Shown: positions 24,498-37,997, counted from the stretch's first letter. The stretch is 64,000 nucleotides of DNA from Amphiscolops sp. MND2022 (GCA_964187785.1 OZ076418.1:16554001-16618000), one strand, 5' to 3'. Program-made: numbers and translations. The notes: generated from the letters alone by a model not told the origin.

Positions 24498-26168
24498 TTG
24501 CCACGACTCCAATTTAACGAAAAACTTCGTGTCCGACAATATATAATTTCAGACCCCTCAAACATATATTATACTGAATATTATACCTCTCTTAAAGAAA
24601 CATCATCAGCTGACTGGCAGCAGCAGATGAAGACTCCTCCTACCTCTCACACCAATTTGGACCCTATGTCCAACAGACTACAAAACAATACTACTACTAT
24701 ACGACTTATACCCCTTATTGATGACTATAACCCATACTACCAGGACCCAGACTATGGTTTTGACCCCTACTGGGACGCTAATTGCTACAATCAACATCAT
24801 CTATACTTCTATAGTAATTTCAACAAACCAACTCATAATAGAGAACCAGACTCTTATGAAATTGACCGAGCCTTGAATATGGTTCTTGTGAAAGCCAAGG
24901 TCGATCCATGGCAACAAGACACAACACCGAGTTCTGAAGTCATTCATACTGAGATTGACGATGAACCTCACCGTGCGGGACCACAGGTCCCACTGGCCAC
25001 AACAGTGGCTGCCCGTTTTGTAAACACCTTAATCACAAGAACAGGTGAACCAGACTATGTTCCGCTGACAACTAATCTCGGCCTCAAATACAAGCGACGA
25101 ATGCTCTATTTTCCAATGGATTTTGGCGAACTAACATTAGATGGCCTTGTAGACACGGGAGCTTTATCTAGCGCGATCCCAGAAGCTGATCTACGTAAAA
25201 TCCGATTACTAGCCCCTCAGTCAATTGTCAAAGAGGGCCCAGCCCCTGGCTTCCAAATTATGGTTGCTAATGGACAGCTGGAGACTCCAAAGAGCACCGT
25301 CGAACTGAAGTTTGAAGTCGGCGATATTGAATTTCACGAAATATTCATAGTCATGGAAAAACTCACCAGTCCATTGATTGGTCTTTCGTTCCTTCAGAGG
25401 AACAACACCATTCTGGATATGCGACAAGGTGTCCTGAATTTCCCATTCTTTTCAATGCAGTTAAAAACTGCAGACCACAAATACACAAACGTCATGGAAC
25501 CCATTTGCATTAGAGAGGATGTAACCATCCCACCTAATGACCGACACACGGTCCTCATGGCTTCACAACTGTACGAGGATACTACAGTTACCGGGATCCT
25601 TCAACCGAGCAACACCCTTACCGATGATGGCGATATTGCTTTCTGTGCTGCTCTAGTCACATTGACCAATGGTCAAGTATCTGTTCACCTGAACAACTTT
25701 ACCGACAGTCCGTATACCCTCAAAAGAGGTACACAAGTTGCTAATTTCACTGTCCTCACGCCGGAACAGATGAAATATGTCAAACCTATTGACCCAGTGA
25801 CCACCTGGCACCTTTTGCAGGACAATCCTGAAAATGCTGCTTACTACGCAAGTAGTTTGATCAAATCTACCAAACCTGAGGACTTCAAAGAAAACTACTG
25901 GTTTCCAACACCAGAGGACCCTGGGGACCCTCAGCAGCACACGCCAATCCAAAAACGGATTTTGTCAGAGCTGATCAATCTTCAGCAATTAGAAAAACTC
26001 AATCCTCAGGATGACCCTGAGTCGAGACGCCAATTCTTGTCCAATTTTGACTGGACTGACTCTATGCTACAACCTGCGGAAATAGCTCGCATAGAAGACC
26101 TACTTGTCGAGTTTCATGATATCTTTGCCAGACATCGCTTCGACATAGGTATGAACGAGGACTTCAAG
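24498..26168 (+). CDS. pol: Pol of element C, partial (aspartic protease, dUTPase-like spacer, RT N-terminus)
   Basis: LVDTGA protease motif; VTIPPN...HLNNFTDSPYTLKRGTQVA spacer; LLVEFHDIFARHRFDIG pre-RT motif. Lies in the -1 frame relative to gag and runs into the gap. Confidence 0.9.
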
Positions 26169-26368
26169 NNNNNNNNNNNNNNNNNNNNNNNNNNNNNNNN
26201 NNNNNNNNNNNNNNNNNNNNNNNNNNNNNNNNNNNNNNNNNNNNNNNNNNNNNNNNNNNNNNNNNNNNNNNNNNNNNNNNNNNNNNNNNNNNNNNNNNNN
26301 NNNNNNNNNNNNNNNNNNNNNNNNNNNNNNNNNNNNNNNNNNNNNNNNNNNNNNNNNNNNNNNNNNNN
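26169..26368. other. Assembly gap (200 N)
   Basis: Run of N. Confidence 1.
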
Positions 26369-26453
26369 TGGTTTTGTAGAAACAATGTGTAGTTGTCTCA
26401 ACGTGTAGCGGCGGAGAGCACGAGTATCGGGTAGAACTTAAACAGAACCAACG

Positions 26454-26947
26454 TTTTTTAGTCGGCGCTTTTCTTTAGAAAAGAGTCGACTATAGTCATG
26501 GCTTTTCGTCAGTGTTTTTTGAGACCACCTGAACTGACCAAAATAGTTCTACAAAAGTTCTACAAAATATTATTGCACCAAATTGCACCATTTGGCCTAG
26601 CGAACTGAACCAAAAAAGTTTTTCCTGTTTTCCCGCGTAACATACCATAACGGGCGAGACCAAAGGGTCCCCCCTTTCAGTTTTTTTTTCGGCATTGTGA
26701 GACTTTTCCGGAAAACAAAATTTACCCCAAAGTGTCCCCCTTCATTTGTTTGCTGTTTTGCGACAGAATGGATGTTGGAAAATCCCAAAGTGTCCCCCCT
26801 TTCAGTTTTTTCGGCACTGTGAGACTTTTTTCCCAAAAAATTTTCATAAAAGGGTCCCCAACTCACCAATACTTTGACATATTGAAGTCCTTTTGCTATT
26901 TTTGAGCCTTAGATATGGCGCCGACTTGGGCCGGTCCCGGCTTGTTT
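26454..26947 (+). mobile_element. Helentron-associated (HINE/DINE-1-like) non-autonomous element
   Basis: 5' T-run, then AGTCGGCGC subTIR with an adjacent partial IR. 3' GGCGCCGACTT subTIR, then a short hairpin and CTTGTTT. Internal GGCACTGTGAGAC and CCCCCTTT motifs. Confidence 0.7.
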
Positions 26948-28919
26948 AGCCTTATTGTGTTTAGCTAGGCAATAACATTCAAGGACCTTTACCACCCCTA
27001 ACTTGTTCACCTTGCTCGAGTTTGTAATTCTCAGTTGTTTTTCACCCGCTTCATTGCAAGATGTAGCTTTTCATGCGTAAAAATCAACTCAAAATGCGTA
27101 AACAAAATTAAACTAATAAAAAATTATGCGCTAGAATATGCATATAGAAAAAAGTGAAATGCGTCAAACATTTAGTGTGCTTTTATTCTCGGTCATCAAG
27201 CGAATCATACCAATAATGTGTAATTGACATGCGAAGCACCTCTGAGTCAGATGTCGTCTCCGGTGACTCAAAATCTGGCTCATAGAAAAAAATGCCCGCT
27301 CTCTTTCAGCCGAAGCAAGATGGGCGTATTTGAACTTCACATATGTAGTGGGCTGATATTGACAGTTTCTTGTCATTTTATCGCCAAAATTCTTCCATAG
27401 GATTTTAGAATAGATAATTCAGGGTTTTTCGACGAACATAGTATCCGAAAGGGCGCCGACTTAGACATCGCGGAATTGGAGAACTTAACTTTCTTCTGTC
27501 TCATTTGCAAACGCAAACACTATAAATATGCGTCTGAACATGCGTTAACCAAGTGCCTGGCTCTTTGTTTTTTTAAACATTGGTGATGTTTTCATATTGA
27601 ATCTTGTTTTTGAGATACATGAGTATTGAGAAACCAAACTTTCATGCGCCTTCTGTGGATTAAAAAAGTCACCAAAAAATTTTGAAAGACCCAGTTGAAT
27701 GATTGGGCCACGCATACATGTAATAAAGTTGTGCGCAGGAAAAATGTTCGGGAAAACTTTCTTGGAACGAAACGAGAGGTCTTTTTTCGTACCATTAATA
27801 CGCGGCTCTTTTAGATGCGAAACCTCGTCGCAGCAGTAAAAGTTTCACATGAAAGAAAAAGTTTATTTGCCCAATTCCGCGTTGCGGAATAGGCGCCCTT
27901 TTGAATGCTATCTCCCCAAAGCAAACTATGTTATTATACTTGCAGCTAAGTGGTCAAGCAATGAAAGGCGTGAAGCTGTGGCTTGAGAATGATTTCCCAA
28001 GGTCACAAAATTCTGGCTGCTCACCGTTGCTGTTTTTGTTTTTGCTAATAATAATAATCCTAATGCGAAAATTCAGTTAAAGTGGTTCTTTTCTTAAACA
28101 GTCCCCTTCTGAAATATCACTGTTTCATTTGGAAAGAAGCCCTTAGCCGCTGGAATATCAACAACCAAACTCTACATTCACACAGTGAAGTGTCAGCAAA
28201 CAAGCCCCATATTAACACAGTGGTTTTTATAACAAGACACCCCCACTGAGCAGCGCGATATTTTCAGCCCCGAACGAATATAATGCGACATTTCCTATGG
28301 GTGAACCATTTCCTTCAATTTGGTACGACATTGGAACATGGCAAATTTTGGAAAAAAATAATGAAAAACTTGGTTCGGTTAGTAATTTCCCTTTCTCATA
28401 TGGGAATATGGGCGAAAAATAATAATTTGCATAAAATCTGGAATGTTTACACTGATGGCTAACAGTAATCCAGCGATCACTACCGCAGAAATTCAAGATA
28501 ACTCCTCGGTGGTCCGCTGTTGCGACATTGGTAGACCGGTGCCTTTATGAGTTACAATTCTTTTTGATTAAAAAACATCTGAAAATTGATCCTCAAAAAT
28601 CTGATAATGCACTTCATACGTAGTTTACTTCCTAGAGTTTTAACTTAAGTCAACCCTTTCCATCAGCTGAGTGTTAAATGTATCGATCAAGAGCATGTTC
28701 CATTGGAAATGTAAAACGTGAATGTAACATATAAAATATTCAAGAGGAGCGCTAATGCCTGCAGCGTAAAAATGACCAAGAGATTGTTCCCATTGAACAC
28801 AAAATCTTACAACTCTTACAGTGGCAATTTTTTCTTCAGTCACAGTGGAACGTCCACTTTTATTAATTTTGAATGGGTCATGAATTTTAAATGCAAGTGG
28901 CCCAGTGGAACTTTGGAGC

Positions 28920-29187
28920 TTTCTTTCGGAACTTTTTGTCGATTTCGCTTTTTTATGTTTGCAAAGGTTAAGGAAAGACCAAAGGGTCCCCTTTGGGTTT
29001 TTTCGGCACTATGCGACTTTTTCCGCAGGAAAAAATTTCGACTTTATTTTTCAAAAGTTGGGTTTTGGATGCTTCGAGTATTTTTCGGCGCTGTAAATTT
29101 GATAACATTTTCCATTGAAGTGTCCTTTCACATATTCTAAACGATTTGCTCTTTTTGAACGTTGAGCGAGGCGCTGACTTGGGCGTT
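28920..29187 (+). mobile_element. HINE-like element, 3' part
   Basis: GGCGCTGACTTGGGCGTTCCCGACTTG terminus and CGGCACTATGCGACTT internal motif. Confidence 0.55.
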
Positions 29188-29565
29188 CCCGACTTGATCG
29201 AAATGCCAGTATTCAGTATTAATACCAACGGGACGAGGGCGTATGGCTCAATCGAAGTCAAGTATCAATTCAAAAACTCTCAAACCTACTGCTTTCCAAA
29301 ATTGTTTCTTTCTTATTGCAGAGGAATGTTCTTGGATGTATTTTCTTAGGTTTTCCACTTGGATTTAATACAACACGGAATGAAAGCAATCTGGAGAATT
29401 CAGATAATGTTTGCAAAAGTAATGAAATCAGTTATAGTGAACTATATGTATACATCTAGTGCATGACATTGATTTACTCATACAGTTAGTAGTAGCTGAA
29501 AAAGTTTCATTGAAAAATGCTTGTATATATTAGACCATAAAATTGCAACAAAACTTACACATTAG

Positions 29566-29789
29566 TGAAAAAAACGAACGGACATTTTTGACAACAAATA
29601 TTGAGCTCAAAAAGTGAGCTTTTTCTTGATTTTATATATTATCTGATGTTTCGAAATCAAATGTACTATATTAGTCATGACTAATATAGTACATTTGATT
29701 TCGAAACATCAGATAATATATAAAATCAAGAAAAAGCTCACTTTTTGAGCTCAATATTTGTTGTCAAAAATGTCCGTTCGTTTTTTTCA
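29566..29789. repeat. Perfect 224-bp palindrome with no spacer
   Basis: 112-bp arms are exact reverse complements about the centre TTAGTCA|TGACTAA (29677/29678). Confidence 0.97.
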
Positions 29790-32261
29790 GTGTTTCCGTT
29801 TTTTCTGTGCACAGTGTTTCAGGTTCATGACGTAAATTTGACGTAACGATTGATCATAATTATTCTACGGCGGACTAAATGCTGCTCGGAAAGTTTTGAG
29901 ACGAAAACAAGATCTGCGAAAACAACATAAATCATCGCGTGCTTTGTTTTAGAAGTGCAAAATTCAAGAAGCAACAGAAATGTTTTGACTAGCAATTGGT
30001 CGATCATCTCAGCAAATGCCACAATCGTATAAGTCCATTCAACTTACGTTGAGCCGAGAAGACTAAACCTGAAAGTTTCCTCTATTGAATCGAACTCGTC
30101 AACCAATAATATGTTACGCTGCATTTTTAGAGCCCGAAAGGCTGAACTCTGATGATTTTTTCCGAAATACAGTCGGAACTCGGTTTACCGCACCTCTTGG
30201 GGAGTATTTCATTGATTACATTAAAAAGAAGGGTTCTTTTCTGTTTTTCCCTACCACCAAAAATTTTTGAGATTTTTTTGAAAATATTACAATAGAAAAG
30301 AGTGGAAGCCGCCGCATCAAAAACTTTTAATTTTAAACTTAATTTCAAGGTGACAGTTTAGGATACCAATAAAACTTTGTTTCCACGATGTTCCCTATAA
30401 AGTGACTCATTTTCAATTAGGAAATCAACAGCGGTCTGTTTTGAGTGACAGAAAAGTTACTTTGAACATAATCACAGTCAAAGTGAGTGAAAAATGTTTT
30501 GTTCAAACGCAAAACTATTCCAATAAAAGTTGACTGTTTTGGAACAAGATTTCTCTTCCAATCAGGCCAGTTCGATGGGGGCGAAATGCCAGAAATTTAC
30601 GTTATTCCGAAGACTTGTTTGAGTACTTGATTTTGATTGGCCTAGAGCTCAAATTGCTGCATTGCGAGAATTACGTTGTAGCGATGCTTCGTTGTAGTGA
30701 GGCCCGACTGTATCATATGAAAGTTAGCTCAAAATTTTTCATCATAGATAATTTTTCAAGATCTTGGAATATTCACAGCTTGGAGATTGTAGACGAATCA
30801 GATAGTCAGCGACCACTTAGTCTGTGAAAATTAGGAATTTTTAAAAGAATTTCGCACAAGACTTTCGTACAGCACGCGTCGTTTGTACATACTTCGATTT
30901 TCAAAAAAATATTGCACGGTATTTCCAAGCACTTTCAATTAATTGTTTTTCTTGAGTGCGCAGTTGAAAAAAATGTAAGAACTAAAGCTCTATAAATGAA
31001 GTTAAATACTTTAGCAAAATTTTTGAATGCTAACTAGTGTTGCCAAATCTAATTATAACATGAATGCAACCATCACTTATTGAACCACTTTCGGTCTCGA
31101 AAAACCTTTGGATCTCAAAGGCTTGAAAAATTTCATTATTTTTTAGAATTTTCGATTTTTCAGTTTTCATTTTAACTGTTCAATGCATTTGGAATGCTTT
31201 TCTATTCATTTCACTCCAATTTAGTTCAATGCAAATACAGGATTTACATATTTTGGAATCAACAAGATTGGATTTTGGAACGTACAGAAAACAATAAAAA
31301 TGTAGGCAGCCAAAATCTGGGAAAAATTGCAGGACAGATCCTATGACGGGGTATAAGGCATAATGCAATTCTAAGGCTCAAGCAATTGTTGATAGAATTA
31401 GGAAAATTTAGTTCACTTTTGCGAGAGACGTTTGCTACTTAAAAAAGGAAAAAGCAACGTTTTTGCGACGTCATTCCCACATTCACTGATTCCAGTAGGT
31501 CTACCCGTGAAAGCTCAGAAAGGTTTCAATATTACCCTGTCGGAACGAAGCATGCTTCGCTTCCCACGCAAAAAAACCCAAAGTGCTTTCAAGTTGGCTG
31601 GCGACTGACTGCTAAAGGCTTTTTTCATCAATCTTATTAAAATAAATTGGAGCCTAATTTTTTCCAGACGAAACCCATTGCGGATGTAAAGAAACCAACC
31701 ATTTGTAATTTAGAAATTCAGGTCAACTAGTGGGATATCTTTATTTTAAAAAAAACTCAAAAGCTTGATTTTTAAAAAACAAAAATTGACCTGTAATGAT
31801 CATCAATGGTTTCTGTGAGTTATTAACTGAAGAGATATCTTATCTGGTCAATTTATTACTTACTATCTGAATTTACAAATTTCATTTCATGACTGTTTGT
31901 AATTTTTTCAGGATATTTTTAGGTTGCGGTAATGTTTTTTGAGCACGCAAGCAAACAGTCCCAAGATATAATTGTTAACCGCGTCCAAAAAAATCCAGTG
32001 CAAAAAAATCTTGAAAGATCTTGCATATTCTTACACATTCCTCTTGAAAGTCTTGATAAAATCATGTTCATTCTAGCTTCACATAAGCTTTTTGACTTTC
32101 TTACCAAGAGTCTTCCGAAAAAACATTTCAAGAAAAAAATTACCTTACAGAACAAACAGCACTTTTGTTTTCAAATATTTTGCTATTGTTCGTACTACCA
32201 ACTACTCTATCTCTTTGAATGCTGGTTTGAGGACAACACTAAGTATTAATTGTCCTTTAAA

Positions 32262-33539
32262 ATTGTCCTTTAAAATCCACGACACACATATTTTTTACTT
32301 TCAACCCAATGTGAGGTCTCGAAATTCTTCTTCAGATTGCTGCAGTTTTGTGAAACCTTTGGTAGGAATCTTGGCGAAGAATTTGTAAAATCTTGCAAAA
32401 TCTTGCCACGGGTTTCAGGAAAAAAGTTGTGATTGCAATGAACGAAATCCGTCGCCAAATGCGGGTTGTTCTGCGTACCTATTGTGTATCAGCTGTTCAC
32501 GCTACCAGCCAAGCAATTTCAATTGAAAGTCAGGACGTGACAGCTTGGTTTGTAACGATAAGCGCTGGCGCTTGAACCGCAACGTAGAGTGGAGGAACTA
32601 GAACAGCGAATATAATCTGGGACCTAGATCTCCGCGGCCCTAGCTCATTTTCCCTCCGAAGGAGCCAGTCCCAAGGTGGGGGAACCGTCTTGTAGGACGC
32701 TCTCTGGCCTGGTCCTAGTCTGTAACTGCTAAAAGTAACAGGCATCTTGCAAGACTCAAGACCACTGCTCAACTAGCCTTTAAAAATTGGGCTGAAAATC
32801 GATGAAGGTTGAACCGTAATATTGGAGAATCTGATAAAATCGCCAAATCGAATAAACAGATGTTAAACAACAGCTCTCGAGCATATTAATCTACCACATC
32901 GAAAATACAACAAGAAATCAAGAGTTCAGAGTCATTAGATGAGAATTGACCTCAGGTTCCCAGCGCTAGCGCTAGTTGCCACACAGGATACCGCAGGGAT
33001 ACTCAGGCGAACATCTGGAACACTGGTTTCCTTTACTGTAGTAATGGATATCTCCTAGAGATTGACACAATACCGTGTTCTGTATGCGTTGGGGACGTCT
33101 TCGTAGTCGTCTCCGGTGCTTGTTCGTCGCGAGCGGCGGTTTCTGCTTTTCTGGGGTGCTTTTTCTGGCAGGTACTTCGTCTTGAGCATGTTTGAGTGCC
33201 ACGTCAAATTTGAACGAATTTTTGACAAAATTTTCTAAACATGTCGAAGTTGCAAAGTTGGTTGATATTGCTGTACCAGAGCTTGCCGTTACAGTTGGTA
33301 GCGTGAACAGCTGATACACAATAGGTACGCAGAACAAGCCACATTTGGCGACGGATTTCGTTCATTGCATTCACAACTTTTTTCCTGAAACCCGTGGCAA
33401 GATTTTGCAAGATTTTACAAATTCTTCGCCAAGATTCCTACCAAAGGTTTCACAAAACTGCAGCAATCTGAAGAAGAATTTCGAGACCTCACATTGGGTT
33501 GAAAGTAAAAAATGTGTGTCGTTGATTTTAAAGGACAAT
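32262..33539. repeat. Long inverted repeat pair (about 245-bp arms) around a 788-bp GC-richer spacer
   Basis: 32262-32507 is the near-perfect reverse complement of 33296-33539. Confidence 0.9.
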
Positions 33540-34949
33540 CTGCCGTTGTTCTCAATTATAAATACTCGAGGATATTCCTAGTTGCAGCTTGGCTGTGAAA
33601 CCCTTTTCGCAGTTTGTTGACTTCGCAAACTATGCTAATGAAATTGTAGATAGATTCTCACAATCTCATTCCCATGAATTGGGAGAAAAATCTTACAACA
33701 AGAATGGTACTTAATTTTTTTCAGCGTTTTCAATTGGACAATTTTGGTAAAATTGTAATTGAACTTCTCATTGGAAATACCTCTTTTCAGAAAATGTTTT
33801 AAGTCAAGGGACTATTGGCCTGAAACGTTCGTGTGTGGTTTTGGTGCTGGTATTGTGATACTAAAGCTTTGAAAAGCAACTAGCTCAAAAACTGGCGATG
33901 AATAAGAACTGGAGATGTTCGGAAAAATTCTCCTGCAAGCAAAGTCTTGTTCAAGAACGTTGCTTGAAACAGTTTTTATAAGTTGTTATTGCTCTTGCTT
34001 ATTTTGTTGCTTATCGCTGGTTATTTTTTGGCGTGAAAAGTGCAGTAAAATGTCCGAGGTAGTCAGAGGGCCGCTACAACCAGTCAGAAGGCATGGTATC
34101 ACTTTTTTGTAACCTACTCACAGCTCGTAAAAGGCCTCGAAACTCGCCAATAGGCCCTTGGTAAGAACAACAAACTTTGATCCTTAGAATTTTTCCCCAT
34201 ATCAGGTTGGGTTTTGTTTGTTCGAATAAAGTGACCCCCAATATTCTATCGTCGAAGTCGATGATTATCTTCAGAACAAAGTAAGTTTGCAAGAAAACAA
34301 AACCATCTGATACAGAAAGGCGATTGTTTCGTAAACGGAGCAGTGGCGTTAGTATTTTTTTCAGTCTGCTCTTTCATTATGATTATTGATGCAATTCGAA
34401 ACAGTGAAAACAAATCATTTGAACAATGGCTTCGTTATTAGTATCGTAATTCGCGGAATTCATCAAAGAGCTCAATTCCCTAGTTCAAACAAAATGCCTA
34501 TCTTGCAAGATTCTTCCGTTTTATCTTTAGAGAAAATGTATTTTTCTTGAAGAAATCTTGCAAGAATCTTGCAAGATAAACATTTTTTCAATCATAATCT
34601 TGCAAGATATGCATTTTCTCAAAAAATCTTGGAATTCTTATTAAATGAAAAGAAACTATTTTGCATCAATTAGGCTCCTACTCTTGGTTAAGAGCCAATT
34701 TGAGATCAGTGAGCGCAGTGTTAAGACGACGTATGCCCTAGTAATAAATACCCGTATTGACCTCCCATGCATTTCCATGTATGAACATGTAAATTCCATG
34801 CATGCCATACATGATCATGCATAGTGCCTTCATGGATCATGCATGGAATCGCTGTTTTTCAATAGAAGCTTGCTTTAAAAAGCGGAAAAAATAGCTTTTT
34901 GCGCTCAACATACTACGAAAATCACTCAAAAAAGTTTCTAAAGTTTCTG

Positions 34950-35450
34950 ATACTAAGTCTTATTCCAGTGGGTTGAATTTTCATAGTAAATCTATATCTT
35001 ATACCAGTACTTTTAGATCTTATTCCAGTATTTTTAGATCTTAATACTGTGTATTTAGTTTATATTCATATTCCCAGTGCTTTCAGTTCCTAAACCTAAT
35101 CATTCTCTCTGACATGACACATATCCTCGTCATTTTTCTAGTGCCACGTTGGTCGTAATATTGAAGGGGTGGTTAAAGGTTGGTGGCTTGGAATCATCTT
35201 GGAGTCAAATCGCTATTTCTAGTCATTTTAGGTCTTATTTCATCGCTTTCTAGATCTTACTGCTGTTCTTTTCGATCATAATCTTCGTAAGTTTAGATCA
35301 ATTTCATTACCTTCGCATTTTCCTAGTGATTGTTTCAGATTACTTTCCAGCGATTCCAGATGTTTTTTGCTACTTCAGATTAAATTCCACTGGTTTTAGA
35401 TCTAGTTCATAGTGTAATTTGATTCTATTCCAGTGCTTTCAGATGTTATA
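34950..35450. repeat. Degenerate minisatellite, about 20-bp unit (TTCCAGT...TTTAGATCTTA)
   Basis: Recurrent AGATCTTA/TTCCAGTG motifs. Boundaries approximate. Confidence 0.55.
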
Positions 35451-37997
35451 ACTCAACTTTGATCTGAAATTTTGTTTTCTCAACCAAAAAGATATTAGGG
35501 AGTGGAAAAAAATTATGGACAGCTGAAACTGGTTTTCGTTTGAGCAGGCACAATCTATACTTAAAGTACACCGCTAATGTCTCCACTACAAGATTCAATC
35601 CACGAGAGAGCTGGTTCTATGTCATTATTATCTCCAATGGTAAACATTTTCCTTACCTAATTCAGAATTTTGAGATTTTGAGTTCCATGTATGGGTTATG
35701 CATGGAACACGCATGGACCTTGCGATTTCATGCGAAATGGAAATAGCAAGATCATATACATGATTAAGCATGGAATTCACATGGATCAAGCATGTGGACC
35801 ATGCATGGAAACACATGGTTTGTCAACACAGGTAGTTATACATGATAAAAATTATTCACGCTTGGTAACTGAATTTTGTGTAACATCAAAATGCACTAAC
35901 TATAGCAGATAAAGCTGTGATATTGAAAAACTTAGTTGAAGGTTAGCTCGTAAGAAAACTAAAGGTTTGAATGAAACTCAAAATCCATTGGACAGTTTTC
36001 GTTACGTACGTTCTGAGATTTTCCCTGCCAAGAAATTATCAAACGGGCCATGCCGCGATAGAAGAAAAGTTTTCATACACTTAAAAAAATAACTTTTTCC
36101 ATATCGTCGTGACTTCACAGCAGTTGATTTTCTTCATTTTTTCAACAATGATAGAGAATTGAAAACAAAAAAATGGAATATTTTTTTCCGTTCAGCACAT
36201 GATAATTGTTGACATTATTCTAAGTTTTAGAGGTTTTAGAGCTATTGATAACATTTATAATACTCTGTGATAGCTTGAATTTTACATTTGACGTGAAACT
36301 TTACTTCGAAGCAAATTCCCATTTTTGTGCTTTCATTTTGAAAAATGAGTTTGAAAAACAAAGTTGGAAAATAAAACGAAATTTCTTCTCACTTCAGTTG
36401 GTTGCCGATTTCTTTGCCGTCTTTCCAGAAACTTTGATTGCATTTCGTGTTGCACCTGTGAACAAAAAAAACATGAATAAAATGCATGTGGCAGCAAGAT
36501 GTTTTACATTGATGTTAAAATTTATGATCATAATTATTGCGAAACAAGAAAATTTGGAACTCAACTTTCGATCAATTTTTTTAAAAACTATGACGCTTCC
36601 TTTTTTTACGATTAATTGATTCCAAAACGTTCCAGGATATTTCAATATAAAAAATGAAATGAATGGTCTTTCCTCCCGCCAGTAAAAATAAATGAGAGCT
36701 TTTAAAATTCTTTTCATAGGAAATGTGTACAATCTATCCATGTTTATCCCTGCGTGTACTTTCGGGTTATTTTCCCGCCAAAAATGGGGGCGTAAGCCCA
36801 GTAGGCACCTAGTAATCCATTTATATTATTAACATTTCCATCCATCATAAACTGTCCCACTTTTCCCCTAGCAAATACTAATACCGCTTTATTCCTTTTA
36901 CTGCGACTGCTATTTTAGGGAAATGGGGAAATTTCCTTGGGGAAATTCGGTAGCTTCAAACGGAAGGAGGGCCCGCAAAATTTTTCAATTCTCGGGGTAA
37001 CGGTTGCAAAATGTGTACGAACATTTAGCAAGCTTCATTGGTCAGATGAAATGGTCCATGTTAAATTCGCGTATCAAACAAGCCCTACACAGAGCTTGAC
37101 TTTGAATTTAAAAAAAAAGAACAATGGAACTCATTTCAATTTTTCAATGTTTTGACAGTTTTCGCTGTTTTTGGCTATTTTTTGGCCATTTTTTGAACAT
37201 CGAGAACGCAACATGCGCCATTCACAGCGATAGTTTAATAAGATTGCAATACTATTTTGAAAAAATAGCCTTCTTTTTTCCTCAACGAGAGACTGTTTTC
37301 GCAAAAATGAATTTTAAAAGTAATGGCAGACAGATCCTACATTTTTCAAAATATTTTTTTCATATAATAGTATTAACTTTACGAGCCTCTTTTGAATTAT
37401 TTTCACAAATTCAGAGTGTCTCTCACTTTTTGGATAATCGATTTTCAACCTAAGTTTCTGTACGACCTGGTCCAAAAATTGGCAATTTTGCCGGTCCAAA
37501 AACATTTCATGCCCTCGGTAAGTACTACCATGATTGAAATCCTGCAATTGGCATACACGAACCTTGTGGAACAGAATTTAAAAAATCAAGCAAACAAACA
37601 AAAGGAACCATCGTTTCATTTTCAAAGTTAAAAACAGTTAGTGTGCGATTCTCTCTATTGAAGTCACTATTGTTGGGTCTTGAGCAAGTCATTCATCCCT
37701 AGTTTAGTGACATAGTCATGACAAAAAACAACGCATTTGGTGGAAAAAAGCAACAATAAAAACGGAACAGCGTGTACCGGCAGGCTGCCGCTTAGCTTGA
37801 CATTGTTACAAGAGTAGGAGGAACCTAAGGGGATGGGGCTTCCATGCACGGGACGGGTTCCCATCTGCCAAAAGGCCAATTTTGCCTCCTTAGGGTGTTG
37901 TCCCGTAGGGAGGGGCTCTCGCTTCCTGTTGATATCCTCCGATCTACCACAGCTTTTAATTGTTGAATGTAACTGGAATTTTGCCTACCTAGAACCT

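Larger units (their letters stand above)
21664..26168 (+). mobile_element. Ty3/Gypsy LTR retrotransposon C, 5' part (truncated by assembly gap)
   Basis: Putative 5' LTR TGTCGC(21664)...GCGACA(23371) followed by PBS TGGTGACAGGAGCC. Intact gag and open pol up to the N run. The 3' LTR is not visible, so the LTR start rests only on the inverted terminal hexamer. Confidence 0.85.

Noticed and set aside
26114-26408. ORFs spanning the N run
   Set aside because: Artefacts of the assembly gap; the pol ORF cannot be extended past 26168.
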